In this document: piece after piece, positions 9,467 through 18,337 of the stretch
Layout of the letters: every line of letters starts with the position of its first letter
Position numbering within the stretch: position 1 is the first letter of the stretch
Origin: a virus
Lineage: Duplodnaviria; Caudoviricetes
IMG/VR virus record: IMGVR_UViG_3300044216_000178
Location: 1 to 24,079 of that record
DNA length: 24,079 bases
Direction: 5' to 3' (one strand)
The notes under the pieces: generated by a model
What the model was told of the DNA's origin: nothing
The model's database searches: none
The model's input: the letters and a program-made list of their open reading frames with translations, nothing else
Position numbers and translations under genes: made by a program

Positions 9467-10294
9467 TTACCTGTTTCTACCTCTATCAGGTATATCTAAC
9501 CCAGTCGTCATACTGCCTCTTGGACTTTGACCTTGTTGGGTTGGAGCTGCAAATGTTTGAGTAGGAACATTAGGACCTGCTCCTCCTGTTGGTTGTTCTG
9601 GCATACCCACGTTTACATTTCCAGCTTGAAAATCACTTATGGTTTGTTTTTGTTTAGGTGTTGCATTTGCTAATTTTATTAATTGCACTGCAGCGTTATC
9701 TTTAGCTTGTCTTGCAATCAAATCATTTAACCTTTTTTGCAAATTACTTGGATCCTTACCAGCTCTTAATAATCTAGGTATACCAACGTTACGAATGGTA
9801 TCTATTCTTTTTTGGTAAGCTCTATCAAGGCCTATTGTTGGTTCTTGACCAAGTCTACCTCCAGTAAGTGTGTACAATCCACCACCTGATATAGGATTAT
9901 AACCTTGCATTAAATCACCTTTTGCAATACGACCTATATTATCTAGTCCATATAATCCAGAAAAATAATCACTTACTTGATCCATAACTGGATCTCTTTC
10001 AGGTAAAAATTCGGACATCAACATTAGACTTGGTGGTTTAAAATCTGTAAGTCTTTGAAACAATTTATTTTTAACTAGGTTTTTACTGCTATCTCTTAAT
10101 TGTGCTAAACCAAATTTATCTGATTGTACTCGAGTTAAGTCTTGTGGAGCAGCAGTTTGATCAAATCTTTGTTGAAATACATTCATCTCTCTTGGCACAA
10201 AACGTCCATCTCTATTAGCTAAAAATCTTGTCGTTAGTCCTGTAGGTGATGTTGATATCAGGCCAGTTCTAGTTAATGCATTAGGAGTAATCAT
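9467..10294 (-). CDS. Hypothetical protein (275 aa)
   Basis: ORF coupled to the hub gene by TAATG; Pro/Gln/Gly-rich, probably disordered C-terminus; no motif recognised. Confidence 0.7.
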   Translation of the reverse strand: MITPNALTRTGLISTSPTGLTTRFLANRDGRFVPREMNVFQQRFDQTAAPQDLTRVQSDKFGLAQLRDSSKNLVKNKLFQRLTDFKPPSLMLMSEFLPERDPVMDQVSDYFSGLYGLDNIGRIAKGDLMQGYNPISGGGLYTLTGGRLGQEPTIGLDRAYQKRIDTIRNVGIPRLLRAGKDPSNLQKRLNDLIARQAKDNAAVQLIKLANATPKQKQTISDFQAGNVNVGMPEQPTGGAGPNVPTQTFAAPTQQGQSPRGSMTTGLDIPDRGRNR

Positions 10295-12444
10295 TATCTT
10301 TGTCCATCAGGTTGTATATCTGCTCTAAACGTGCCATATCGCCAACTCTCATCTGTAGCAGTGTTTTCAACTTTTAAACTTGCAAACCTAGATCTAGCAC
10401 GAGTGTCCACTTTATCAGTGCTACTTGTAATTGTAAATGGCCCCAGAGGTGATGAGTTTGCGGTGTCCGTTGGAAAGTCTCTTAAATTAATTGTAATCTG
10501 AGCATTTCCAGCTATCAATTTAAAATCTGGTACGAATCTTCTCATAGACATAAAAAATTGTCCATTACCCTCAACATCTAAGTCAAAAGACCCAGATTGA
10601 ATGAATGCTGCAATAGCTGTTTTATTACCCTCACTATCCACTTGGTTATTACCAACCTCATGAGCATAATACAAAGTAGATCCGTTTGAGTTAGTTACTC
10701 CTTGAACCACAGGGAACGTAGGGGTTCCCGTAGAATTAAATTCTGTTGCATAAGGCACATCAAACAAAGTTGCGTCTTGCCAAGTAGTTCTAGCTAAAGT
10801 TCCTGTTGTCCAAATATTTTCATCATAATTATAGGTAACAATACGATCCACAAGATCTGAACCGAATTTAGGGTAAAACCAATTTACTTCTGAATAAAGA
10901 TTATTTAAACCAGCATAAACTAATTCACCACTATTGTAATTTATACCTAAATTATCTCCTTTGTTAGTAAAAACAAAATCTTCTACAAGGCATGGTAATG
11001 ATTTAACTGTTCCGTCAAATACAAAAAAGCCACCAGACTGACCCATCCAATAAACCACACCGTTAATGTAAGCAATGGAATTTTGTCCTATCGCACCACA
11101 ATTAGAACCAACTTGTCTTAATGAGAAAGTAAAAGGTGGGCCAACAAACTGCATTACATATGCAGAGGTGTCAGTTAGTATTAATATATAGTCTTTACCT
11201 TTTACTGCACCTACTATTCTTGTGCCTGAGTCTAGTCTTAAAGTACCTGCTGTATTTATTGATGTAGGTGTGTAATCATTTATATTTTCTTGATCAGAAA
11301 ATCTTACAAACATTTTATCCTGCGTGTTAAATGAACCTATTGTTGTTTCTGTCCCCAAAACTATTAAGTGTCTATCTCTATCTGAAACAAGAGTCATAAC
11401 TGATGATGTAGGTGCATTTGTTACCAATGTGGCTCTAGTGGTAAGAGCATTTGGTGTTGAGGCTATTGGATTCCATTCAAACGTTCTTCCATTTTTAACT
11501 GTAGCTATTAATATTTGTCCAAAATTATCTAAAGACCATGCTGCAGGATCCAAGATTACATTTGATGTCAAAGATCTTTCACCCCATGCAGTAAAAAACT
11601 CTACAGACGCTCCTGAGGAGTGTGCGGATCTTGTTCCTGCAACATCTCTCGTGATACCTGTTAAATCATTTGTGGATATACCAGTATAAGAAATAAATTC
11701 TGCGCCCACTTTAATTACCCCAGAGGTCGGAAACCCTGTCGTGGATGTAAGTGTTATGCTAGTGCCTGAGCCACCTGTTCCTGCTGTGTCGTCTTGTAAT
11801 AAACCATTTAAAGTATTAGTTACACCTGATGCTCCACCGTATGTAGACGTACCCCATCCGTATCCCGCTGTTTGAGATAATGGACCTACTTTTTCATATG
11901 GGTTTATAGTTGCAGCACCACTTGCTGAAACACTAGTGCCTGCGTTTGTAGCCATTGTTATTGTAAACGTGTCTATGGTTGGTACTGACACAACTTCAAA
12001 AGGTTTTTCTGTAAAATTAGCTGCTGTGTAGCCAGCCCCTGTGGGTGGCGTGACCGAAGTAAAAGTAAATATATCACCTGCCTCTAAACCATGTGTAGAT
12101 TTGTTTACAGTCACAGTTGGACTGGTATTTACCGTAGTAAAAGTTGCTCCAGTAATAGCTGTCGCTAAAGGTGTTATGTCGTAGAATGCACCTCCATAAT
12201 ATATTATTAAAGTTCTAGTAGTTCCAAGAGCTGCATAAATATTACCATCTAAATCGGCATACACATGTTGTTGCCTGACAGCTCCTAATAATGATTCGCT
12301 AGTTAGTTGCTCCCAACCTCCTATTTTTTCTGGAAGACCATATCTAAATCTTACATTATCACCATCTATCCATTGGCCCTCAGCCCCTATATCGGTAACT
12401 TGTTTATTAAAACCTGGTCTAATCTGTACGTTTGTTAATGGCAT
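10294..12444 (-). CDS. Tail hub / packaged-DNA stabilisation protein (P22 gp10-like), 716 aa
   Basis: N-terminal WIDGDNVRFRYGLPEKIGGW, propeller-like blades (FVRFSDQE, YVMQFVGPPFTF, VYWMGQSGGFFVFDG) and C-terminal RARSR...WRYG. Size and position match a podovirus nozzle. Confidence 0.7.
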   Translation of the reverse strand: MPLTNVQIRPGFNKQVTDIGAEGQWIDGDNVRFRYGLPEKIGGWEQLTSESLLGAVRQQHVYADLDGNIYAALGTTRTLIIYYGGAFYDITPLATAITGATFTTVNTSPTVTVNKSTHGLEAGDIFTFTSVTPPTGAGYTAANFTEKPFEVVSVPTIDTFTITMATNAGTSVSASGAATINPYEKVGPLSQTAGYGWGTSTYGGASGVTNTLNGLLQDDTAGTGGSGTSITLTSTTGFPTSGVIKVGAEFISYTGISTNDLTGITRDVAGTRSAHSSGASVEFFTAWGERSLTSNVILDPAAWSLDNFGQILIATVKNGRTFEWNPIASTPNALTTRATLVTNAPTSSVMTLVSDRDRHLIVLGTETTIGSFNTQDKMFVRFSDQENINDYTPTSINTAGTLRLDSGTRIVGAVKGKDYILILTDTSAYVMQFVGPPFTFSLRQVGSNCGAIGQNSIAYINGVVYWMGQSGGFFVFDGTVKSLPCLVEDFVFTNKGDNLGINYNSGELVYAGLNNLYSEVNWFYPKFGSDLVDRIVTYNYDENIWTTGTLARTTWQDATLFDVPYATEFNSTGTPTFPVVQGVTNSNGSTLYYAHEVGNNQVDSEGNKTAIAAFIQSGSFDLDVEGNGQFFMSMRRFVPDFKLIAGNAQITINLRDFPTDTANSSPLGPFTITSSTDKVDTRARSRFASLKVENTATDESWRYGTFRADIQPDGQR

Positions 12445-12449
12445 AGATA

Positions 12450-12458
12450 ATTATAACA
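12450..12458 (-). promoter_or_regulatory. Extended -10 promoter (TGTTATAAT), possibly giving a leaderless mRNA
   Basis: Perfect TGnTATAAT ending 5 nt before ATG 12444; no SD in the gap; only a weak -35 (TTTATG). Confidence 0.5.
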
Positions 12459-12466
12459 TATTTATT

Positions 12467-13000
12467 TTACCGCATAAAGATTTGGACTGATATTCTAGGC
12501 ATTATAGGGCTAAGTATTGTGTTAACTTTGTGGTCTAATGGCGATTTGACTATAACTAATGAGTTTCCGGTGTACGGTAAAAAACCATGACCCTCATTTG
12601 CCGCAAACATAAATTCACCTCCCCAATGAATATTCCATCTACTATTTATATAATATGTTGCTCCATACTTCCAACTATGATCATTATGCCAATTAATACC
12701 TGTGCCTTTTTTCATAAAATGGATAGTAGTAGTTATGGTGGTAATATCATCCAAACTTACAAATGGGTTATGTTGCACTAATGTTTTAAGTTTTTCAAAA
12801 GGTGGATAATTACTTACTTCTACTCTTTCAGGATCTTTCAATCCTCTGGTCAATTTTTTTGACCAACTTCCTGTTACTGGTGCTAAGTTTATTTTATTTC
12901 TTTCTTTAATAATAGCGTTGTGTATTCCTTTGTATGTATCTTTGTCTAAAAAATTCTCTATCCAATATATTTTTTTTGGTATTGAATATGTTAATTTCAT
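12467..13000 (-). CDS. 2OG-Fe(II) oxygenase, prolyl-4-hydroxylase-like (~177 aa)
   Basis: WHND (HxD), WGGEF, HKV and PRIS. I moved the start from 13078 to ATG 13000 (MKLTYSIP) to avoid overlap with the divergent gene. Confidence 0.8.
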   Translation of the reverse strand: MKLTYSIPKKIYWIENFLDKDTYKGIHNAIIKERNKINLAPVTGSWSKKLTRGLKDPERVEVSNYPPFEKLKTLVQHNPFVSLDDITTITTTIHFMKKGTGINWHNDHSWKYGATYYINSRWNIHWGGEFMFAANEGHGFLPYTGNSLVIVKSPLDHKVNTILSPIMPRISVQIFMR

Positions 13001-13069
13001 ACTTTGAATTACTTTAGAACCTGTTATATTATTGACGATGTTAACACAACCATTTTTTCCAATAGTTAT

Positions 13070-13630
13070 ATGGACCATTTAGAGGCCATTGTATCATTAA
13101 ACAATATAGTAAACCCTGATTTTTCAAAAAAAATAGTTTCACTAATAGACAAAAAAGCAAAGAAAAATCTTAAAGTTGGCTCAGATCAAAGTGGTGAATT
13201 AATAGATAGAAAGGTCAGAAACGTAAAGGGATATCAATTAGACTTTAACACACCTAAAAATAAATTTTACTGGGACTTGATAAAAAAAGAAATAGAAAGG
13301 TTATACGCCTATTACAAAATAAAATTTCCAAAAATGAGAAGTAGTAAAATTAATCAAATTGATATATTAAAATATGAAGTGGGTGGAAAATATGAAATAC
13401 ACATTGATCATTTTACCACGACAACCCGATCATTGAGTGTTATCATAAATTTAAATGACAATTATAAAGGAGGGCATTTAGTGTTTACAGATCAAAAAGA
13501 CATGGAAGTTAAAAGGATTAAACTACAAAAAAATTCTATAGTTTTTTTTCCTAGTAATTTTTTGTATCCACACGCAATAGAACCCATATTGAAAGGAACA
13601 AGGTATAGTATCGTAGCATGGCTGCAGTAA
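13070..13630 (+). CDS. 2OG-Fe(II) oxygenase, prolyl-4-hydroxylase-like (~186 aa)
   Basis: ILKYEVGGKYEIHID (HxD), LNDNYKGGHL, FPSNFLYPHAI and GTRYSIVAW. Likely start is ATG 13070 (MDHLEA), rather than the TTG at 13004. Confidence 0.85.
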   Translation: MDHLEAIVSLNNIVNPDFSKKIVSLIDKKAKKNLKVGSDQSGELIDRKVRNVKGYQLDFNTPKNKFYWDLIKKEIERLYAYYKIKFPKMRSSKINQIDILKYEVGGKYEIHIDHFTTTTRSLSVIINLNDNYKGGHLVFTDQKDMEVKRIKLQKNSIVFFPSNFLYPHAIEPILKGTRYSIVAWLQ

Positions 13631-14217
13631 AAGATGTAAATATAGAAAATTTTATTGGTGTATATGATAATTATATAACTAAGGATGAATGTGATAGAGC
13701 TATCCGTTTATTTGAGGATCAACACAAATTTAACAAAACTTTGGATAGAATGTTAATACAAAATAAACCAATACTAGAAATGCAAGATCAACAGTTTTTT
13801 GCTGGAGGAGGTAATTTAAAGTTTTGGTACGAAGAGTTAAAACCCTTAATACTCAATTTTGATATAGCTTGGCAACATTACAATAAAAATACAGGTGCTA
13901 CTGCAGCTTATGATCAAGAAAAATTTTTTTATACCACAGTAAAAATTCAAAAAACTTTACCTACACAAGGATATCACGTTTGGCATATAGAACATAATCA
14001 AGGTTATGAAAATGAGTGTAGAGCTTTTGTCTATACTATTTATTTGAATGATATTGAAGAAGGTGGTGAGACAGAGTTTTTACATTTTTCAAAAAGAGTA
14101 AAACCTAAAACAGGTAGAATAGTTATTTGGCCAGCAGCCTTTCCCTATGTGCATCGTGGTAATCCACCTATATCTGGTAAAAAATATATTTTAACTTCTT
14201 GGCTTTTACTCAGATGA
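13618..14217 (+). CDS. 2OG-Fe(II) oxygenase, prolyl-4-hydroxylase-like (199 aa)
   Basis: GYHVWHIE (HxE), YLNDIEEGGETEF, WPAAFPYVHRGNPP and KYILTSW. Confidence 0.88.
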   Translation: MAAVKDVNIENFIGVYDNYITKDECDRAIRLFEDQHKFNKTLDRMLIQNKPILEMQDQQFFAGGGNLKFWYEELKPLILNFDIAWQHYNKNTGATAAYDQEKFFYTTVKIQKTLPTQGYHVWHIEHNQGYENECRAFVYTIYLNDIEEGGETEFLHFSKRVKPKTGRIVIWPAAFPYVHRGNPPISGKKYILTSWLLLR

Positions 14218-14562
14218 ATACGAAGTAGGCCTTGCACCTTTTTCAGCTTCATCTCTAACGTCAGCATCCCAATTAGCTTGTAATTGAGCTAAGTGCGCTG
14301 AGTCCCATTTAGTTATAAAATCTTGAAAACTACCTAGGTCTGCATCTTCCCAAGTTGAATGAGGAGTAGTATCTCTATATTCTACAGCGTCACTAGGATT
14401 TGATGTTCCATATTGAATAGCCCATATGTTAGACCATTTAGAATCAGACCAAAAAGAATCATCGTCTATTACATATCCAACACCTTCATCAGCACCTTCA
14501 GCATAATTTTTAATAACTACTTTGTCTTCAAATATTACTGTCCAAGTTGCATTAGTTGCCAT
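14206..14562 (-). CDS. Acidic, Trp-rich protein downstream of the collar protein; possible fibre assembly chaperone (118 aa)
   Basis: SD AGGAG upstream. Function is from position only. Overlaps the convergent oxygenase by 12 nt. Confidence 0.55.
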   Translation of the reverse strand: MATNATWTVIFEDKVVIKNYAEGADEGVGYVIDDDSFWSDSKWSNIWAIQYGTSNPSDAVEYRDTTPHSTWEDADLGSFQDFITKWDSAHLAQLQANWDADVRDEAEKGARPTSYSSE

Positions 14563-14570
14563 TTTTTCTC

Positions 14571-15152
14571 CTAAGTTTTAATAATATAAATTAAGGTTAA
14601 ATAAGGTTGAATTACTGATCCAGTAACTGCATCTCCAGTAAAGGTTGCACTCATATTGTGAGAGTGACCTGTTCCTGACCCTGTGTTAGTTGTACCTTTA
14701 CTACCTGCGTTTCCACTTTGATTAGCTACAATATTACTTCCAGGGTTGGTAGGAGATACTGTCGGTACACTGTGGCTATGCGAGGCAAGTTGTGATGTTG
14801 AGATCGTAGCATTAGCAGTTGATCCACCAACGTTTCCTGTCGCTGTTATAGAGACGGTGTTAGCTCCACCAGTTGATGCTAACGCTTTAGTTCCAGATTT
14901 ACCCATTGCAACGTTATCTTGCAAGTCTGGTAAATTAAAAGTAGATGCACCATCACCAGCTCCGTAAGTTGTTCCAACAATTGCAAATAACGCAGAGTAA
15001 GTAGATCTTGAAACTGCTGATCCATCACACTCTAAAAAACCTGATGGAACTGAGGCAGAAGACCACGGCACAATAGTTGCAGTAGGAATTCCTTCAATAC
15101 CTGTAAGGTTTGCTCCTGAAAAATCGTATCTTGTTGCTTCGTAATTTGACAT
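14571..15152 (-). CDS. Phage tail collar domain protein / short fibre (~193 aa)
   Basis: Collar signature IPTATIVPW...PSGFLECDGSAVSRSTYSALFAIVGTTYGAGDGASTFNLPDL, two HSH motifs and C-terminal QPYLTLIYIIKT. Likely start is ATG 15152 (MSNYEAT). Confidence 0.88.
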   Translation of the reverse strand: MSNYEATRYDFSGANLTGIEGIPTATIVPWSSASVPSGFLECDGSAVSRSTYSALFAIVGTTYGAGDGASTFNLPDLQDNVAMGKSGTKALASTGGANTVSITATGNVGGSTANATISTSQLASHSHSVPTVSPTNPGSNIVANQSGNAGSKGTTNTGSGTGHSHNMSATFTGDAVTGSVIQPYLTLIYIIKT

Positions 15153-15156
15153 ATTA

Positions 15157-15855
15157 TTATTTCTCCATGTAAGTCCAGCCAACATTTGAACCAGAATATA
15201 CTAGCTCAAATCCTGCACCTTCTGTATTTACCACTAAATCTGAAGAGGCATTAGCTATTTTTTCACTATTTCTACCAACAGTCAATGCTGCAGTATCAAA
15301 GTTAAATCTTGAATCTATAAATTGAACTTCGTCTCCAACTGCAGGTGATGCAGGAAGAGTTACTGTGAAAGCTCCACTAGAGGTATCTATAAATAATTTT
15401 GCTCCAGCTTGAATTGTTTCAGCAGCTGTAAGCGTTCTCCATTTTCTATACTCGTTTGCTTTTACTACGTTAGTTCCGTCAGCGTATAAAACATAACAAT
15501 TACCTTCGCAAAGTAAAACTCCCGTTCCACTAGCTGTTTTAAAAGTTAACGTGTTACCTGCGTGGTCAGTTCCATCAATAACATTATAAACTTTTTCTAT
15601 ACTATCTGGTACAGTAACTGTTCTGTTAGCAGCTAAAGTTCCAGTTAATTTTAATGTTGCGTTTCTTGCGTTTGATATAGTTCCATCAGTCATGACTAAT
15701 GCTACGTCAGACGATGCAACGCCTACCTCTTCATAACCAGCGATTGCTTGTTGAACTAAGTTTAAATTTGTATTTGTTTTATCACCCCATGTACCGGCAT
15801 TTTCACCAGTAGCCATCAATTCTATTTTTAAATCACTCGAAAATGTTGATGCCAT
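15157..15855 (-). CDS. Putative tail fibre / fibre-attachment protein (232 aa)
   Basis: N-terminal GENAGTWGDKTNTN. C-terminal AFTVTLPASPAVGDEVQFID...LVYSGSNVGW resembles the domain repeated in T4-type fibre/baseplate proteins (recalled). SD AAGGAG. Confidence 0.65.
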   Translation of the reverse strand: MASTFSSDLKIELMATGENAGTWGDKTNTNLNLVQQAIAGYEEVGVASSDVALVMTDGTISNARNATLKLTGTLAANRTVTVPDSIEKVYNVIDGTDHAGNTLTFKTASGTGVLLCEGNCYVLYADGTNVVKANEYRKWRTLTAAETIQAGAKLFIDTSSGAFTVTLPASPAVGDEVQFIDSRFNFDTAALTVGRNSEKIANASSDLVVNTEGAGFELVYSGSNVGWTYMEK

Positions 15856-15878
15856 AAAAATTCTCCTTAATATTTCAT

Positions 15879-15907
15879 ATTTTACATTATCTAAGCAGCC
15901 AAATCAA
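15879..15907 (-). promoter_or_regulatory. Sigma70-like promoter for the fibre genes
   Basis: Minus strand TTGATT (15902-15907), 17 nt, TAAAAT (15879-15884), followed by AAGGAG and ATG 15855. Confidence 0.55.
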
Positions 15908-17186
15908 CTGTAGTCCAAGTATTTGTAACTCCTAAATCAACCTCTTGCCAAGGTGTAATATTAGGGCTGCCAACTGAACTTGTCAATGATATGCCTGTAG
16001 GGAAAGCATTTGCATTTGATTGTGTAGCCTCGGATCCTAAAGATATAGTCATTGCAATACCTGAAACACCAACTATTACTTGTGGAATCTCTGTAATAGT
16101 ACCAATACTAGATGTTAACGCTTGGCCTGTTACAGGCTCAACTGTTCCCTGCACTAAGGTTTGTGTACCAATTGATGATGTTAAAGAAACTCCTGTTACT
16201 GGAACACCTAAAAATAAACCTGCTTCAGCATTTCCAATAGCAGTTGTTGCCACCTGTCCTGTTACGGGTTCAGTAGTTGTTTGAACTAAACTTTGAGTCC
16301 CTATCGCAGAAGTCATAATGTGTTCAGACACAGTTAATGAAATATCTTGGTCAACTTGTACTGAGAAAGTACCAAAAGTTGTTGTTAATGCTTGACCAGA
16401 TACAGTAACTACCACATCAGTAAACGCTGTTTCAGATCCAATTGCAGAAGTTAATGCTAAACCTGCATTATTTTTAACCGAATAATTTACACCCCAAGCT
16501 AAATTTCCATAAGTATCTCTACCCCAACCTTCACCAATTAAAAATGTTGGATCAATGGTTGTTTGTCCTGCAGACATTGAAGATGCGATACCTGTAACAG
16601 GCACTCCTATGTCTATTACTTCTTCACCAATACCAGTTGTTAAAACTTGTCCAGTAACAGTTGTTGCAAAAGAAATACCAGAGGTTTGCGTTCCTATAGA
16701 TGAAGCAAGTGCTTGTCCACTAACTGTTACGTTAGCGTCAGCAGTTACTGTTGATGATCCTATGGATGTTGCTAAAGCTTGTCCTGTTACATTTTCAAAA
16801 GGTTGTAATTCTCCCCAAGCATTTATGTTCCACGCATCACCTCCCCATCCAACTTCTATAATACCTTCAGCAGTTTCATTGCCTATTGATGTTTGAAGTA
16901 AACCAGCTGTTGTTAAATTTACAATATCCCCAGTGCCAGGCACTATTGATCCTTGAGATAATGTACTCGCTTGTCCTGTTACTGATTGTGTAAATGAAGC
17001 AAATCCACTAGCTGCTCCTATAGAAGATGTTAAAGATATTCCTGAAACTGCTACAGTTGCGTTTCCAGCAACAGTCTCGTTTCCAATTGATGAAGATAAA
17101 GATTGACCTGTGACGGATTGATTTACGTTACCTTGTTGGCCCCATAAACCAGTGTTCCATGTTAGTGCTCCCCATGTATTAGCCAT
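15891..17186 (-). CDS. Thr/Ser/Gly-rich repeat protein, putative virion fibre (431 aa)
   Basis: About 16 degenerate V(T/S)G(Q/I)xLxxxIG repeats and three WG-x3-(W/Y)-x4-WG blocks; almost no basic residues. Confidence 0.7.
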   Translation of the reverse strand: MANTWGALTWNTGLWGQQGNVNQSVTGQSLSSSIGNETVAGNATVAVSGISLTSSIGAASGFASFTQSVTGQASTLSQGSIVPGTGDIVNLTTAGLLQTSIGNETAEGIIEVGWGGDAWNINAWGELQPFENVTGQALATSIGSSTVTADANVTVSGQALASSIGTQTSGISFATTVTGQVLTTGIGEEVIDIGVPVTGIASSMSAGQTTIDPTFLIGEGWGRDTYGNLAWGVNYSVKNNAGLALTSAIGSETAFTDVVVTVSGQALTTTFGTFSVQVDQDISLTVSEHIMTSAIGTQSLVQTTTEPVTGQVATTAIGNAEAGLFLGVPVTGVSLTSSIGTQTLVQGTVEPVTGQALTSSIGTITEIPQVIVGVSGIAMTISLGSEATQSNANAFPTGISLTSSVGSPNITPWQEVDLGVTNTWTTVDLAA

Positions 17187-17205
17187 CCGTCACAGATTCC
17201 ATTCA

Positions 17206-17658
17206 TTACGCTATTCTTAATATAGCAGCAGAGGTTGTAAATGCAGGGAACTGAATTGTAAAAGTTCCTGAAGTTGCAGTTTTGTCTCCACCAAAATCTA
17301 ATACAGCCACGGCATCAGTAGTGTTTGAACCACCACCCATTGTCGTGTTGTAAATTAAAGCTCCTCTCGCAGTTAAAGTTACACCTTGAAAAGAAAGATC
17401 AGCAAAATCTGTGATAGCTGTATTTGTTGCTAATGATGTACCAACATTTACTAAAGCTTTTCCACCAGCTGAATATCCAGATGGTGAAGACACTTCATTT
17501 GATGTTGAATATCCTGTAGTTGATTTTCCTAAACTTGCAGAGTTAGTAAACATTGCGAGTTTAAAAGAGCTTCCGTTTGGAGCTGCTTGAAATTTATGAG
17601 CCCCTTCTAACAATTCTTTTTTGAAAGAATTGCATATTGCATTGGTTGTTATTGCCAT
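17206..17658 (-). CDS. Putative virion structural protein (150 aa)
   Basis: AICNSFKKELL...GYSAGGKAL...ARGALIYN...AVAVLDFGGDKT...FTIQFP, a pattern I recognise from phage structural modules. SD AAGGAG. Confidence 0.65.
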   Translation of the reverse strand: MAITTNAICNSFKKELLEGAHKFQAAPNGSSFKLAMFTNSASLGKSTTGYSTSNEVSSPSGYSAGGKALVNVGTSLATNTAITDFADLSFQGVTLTARGALIYNTTMGGGSNTTDAVAVLDFGGDKTATSGTFTIQFPAFTTSAAILRIA

Positions 17659-17671
17659 TTTATTCTCCTTA

Positions 17672-18337
17672 TTAATTTGTTGTGTTTGGAGATGGAGAAG
17701 GTATTTTTACTCTTGGAACACCATCATCATACTCCGCACGTCTTCTTCTGCCCATTTGTTGTAAAGCAAAATTTTGTAATTCTTCATTATACTTACCTTT
17801 ATAAAGGTTGTATAGGTTATCGGGTCCTTTTAAGAAACTATAAGCCTCAGCTAAAACACCATGTAGTAACATAGACTCTTGATATTTGGCTAAAAAGGTT
17901 TGATTAGTTGAAGTAAATTCAGGTGGATCTTTAATATAATTAATCTGTATTGTGTCAGCAGCTGCAGGTGTAGGTGCTACTAATATGTTAAAAGCATCAT
18001 AATTAGCAAAATATTTTGGAGTTCCTTGTTTTCCTGTCCCATTAAATTCAGATATAAAACTTATATCTCTTTTTTCTAAAAAAGTCCTTGTGCCTCCAGA
18101 ACCTATGTGTTGCACAGATCTTAATACTAATGAATCAGCTGGTATTGAAACTGCCCTATTTCCTGCTGTAAATGTTGATGTAGCATATTTTCTAGTGTCA
18201 TCATAATCAACTTTACCTGCAACGTCTAACTCAACCGATCTAATAAAGTTTTGAATGATAGAATCCGTTAATACAGTGTTACCTACTTCTGTATAGTCTC
18301 TTACTTGTGTCAAAAAATTTGCATGTGTTATTGCCAT
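17672..18337 (-). CDS. Putative head-tail adaptor / tail tubular-like protein (221 aa)
   Basis: Helix, beta-domain, helix organisation with GTPKYFA, VAPTP and LLHGVLAEAYSFLK; coupled by TAATG. Confidence 0.55.
   Translation of the reverse strand: MAITHANFLTQVRDYTEVGNTVLTDSIIQNFIRSVELDVAGKVDYDDTRKYATSTFTAGNRAVSIPADSLVLRSVQHIGSGGTRTFLEKRDISFISEFNGTGKQGTPKYFANYDAFNILVAPTPAAADTIQINYIKDPPEFTSTNQTFLAKYQESMLLHGVLAEAYSFLKGPDNLYNLYKGKYNEELQNFALQQMGRRRRAEYDDGVPRVKIPSPSPNTTN

Noticed and set aside
5638-12781. Plus-strand ORFs at 5638, 6984, 7536, 7953, 9092, 11324 and 12587
   Set aside because: All lie antisense to well-supported minus-strand genes.
13001-13069. Divergent promoter between the oxygenases (TTGACG at 13032-13037)
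   Set aside because: No -10 element at correct spacing on either strand; a promoter is expected here but I cannot place it.
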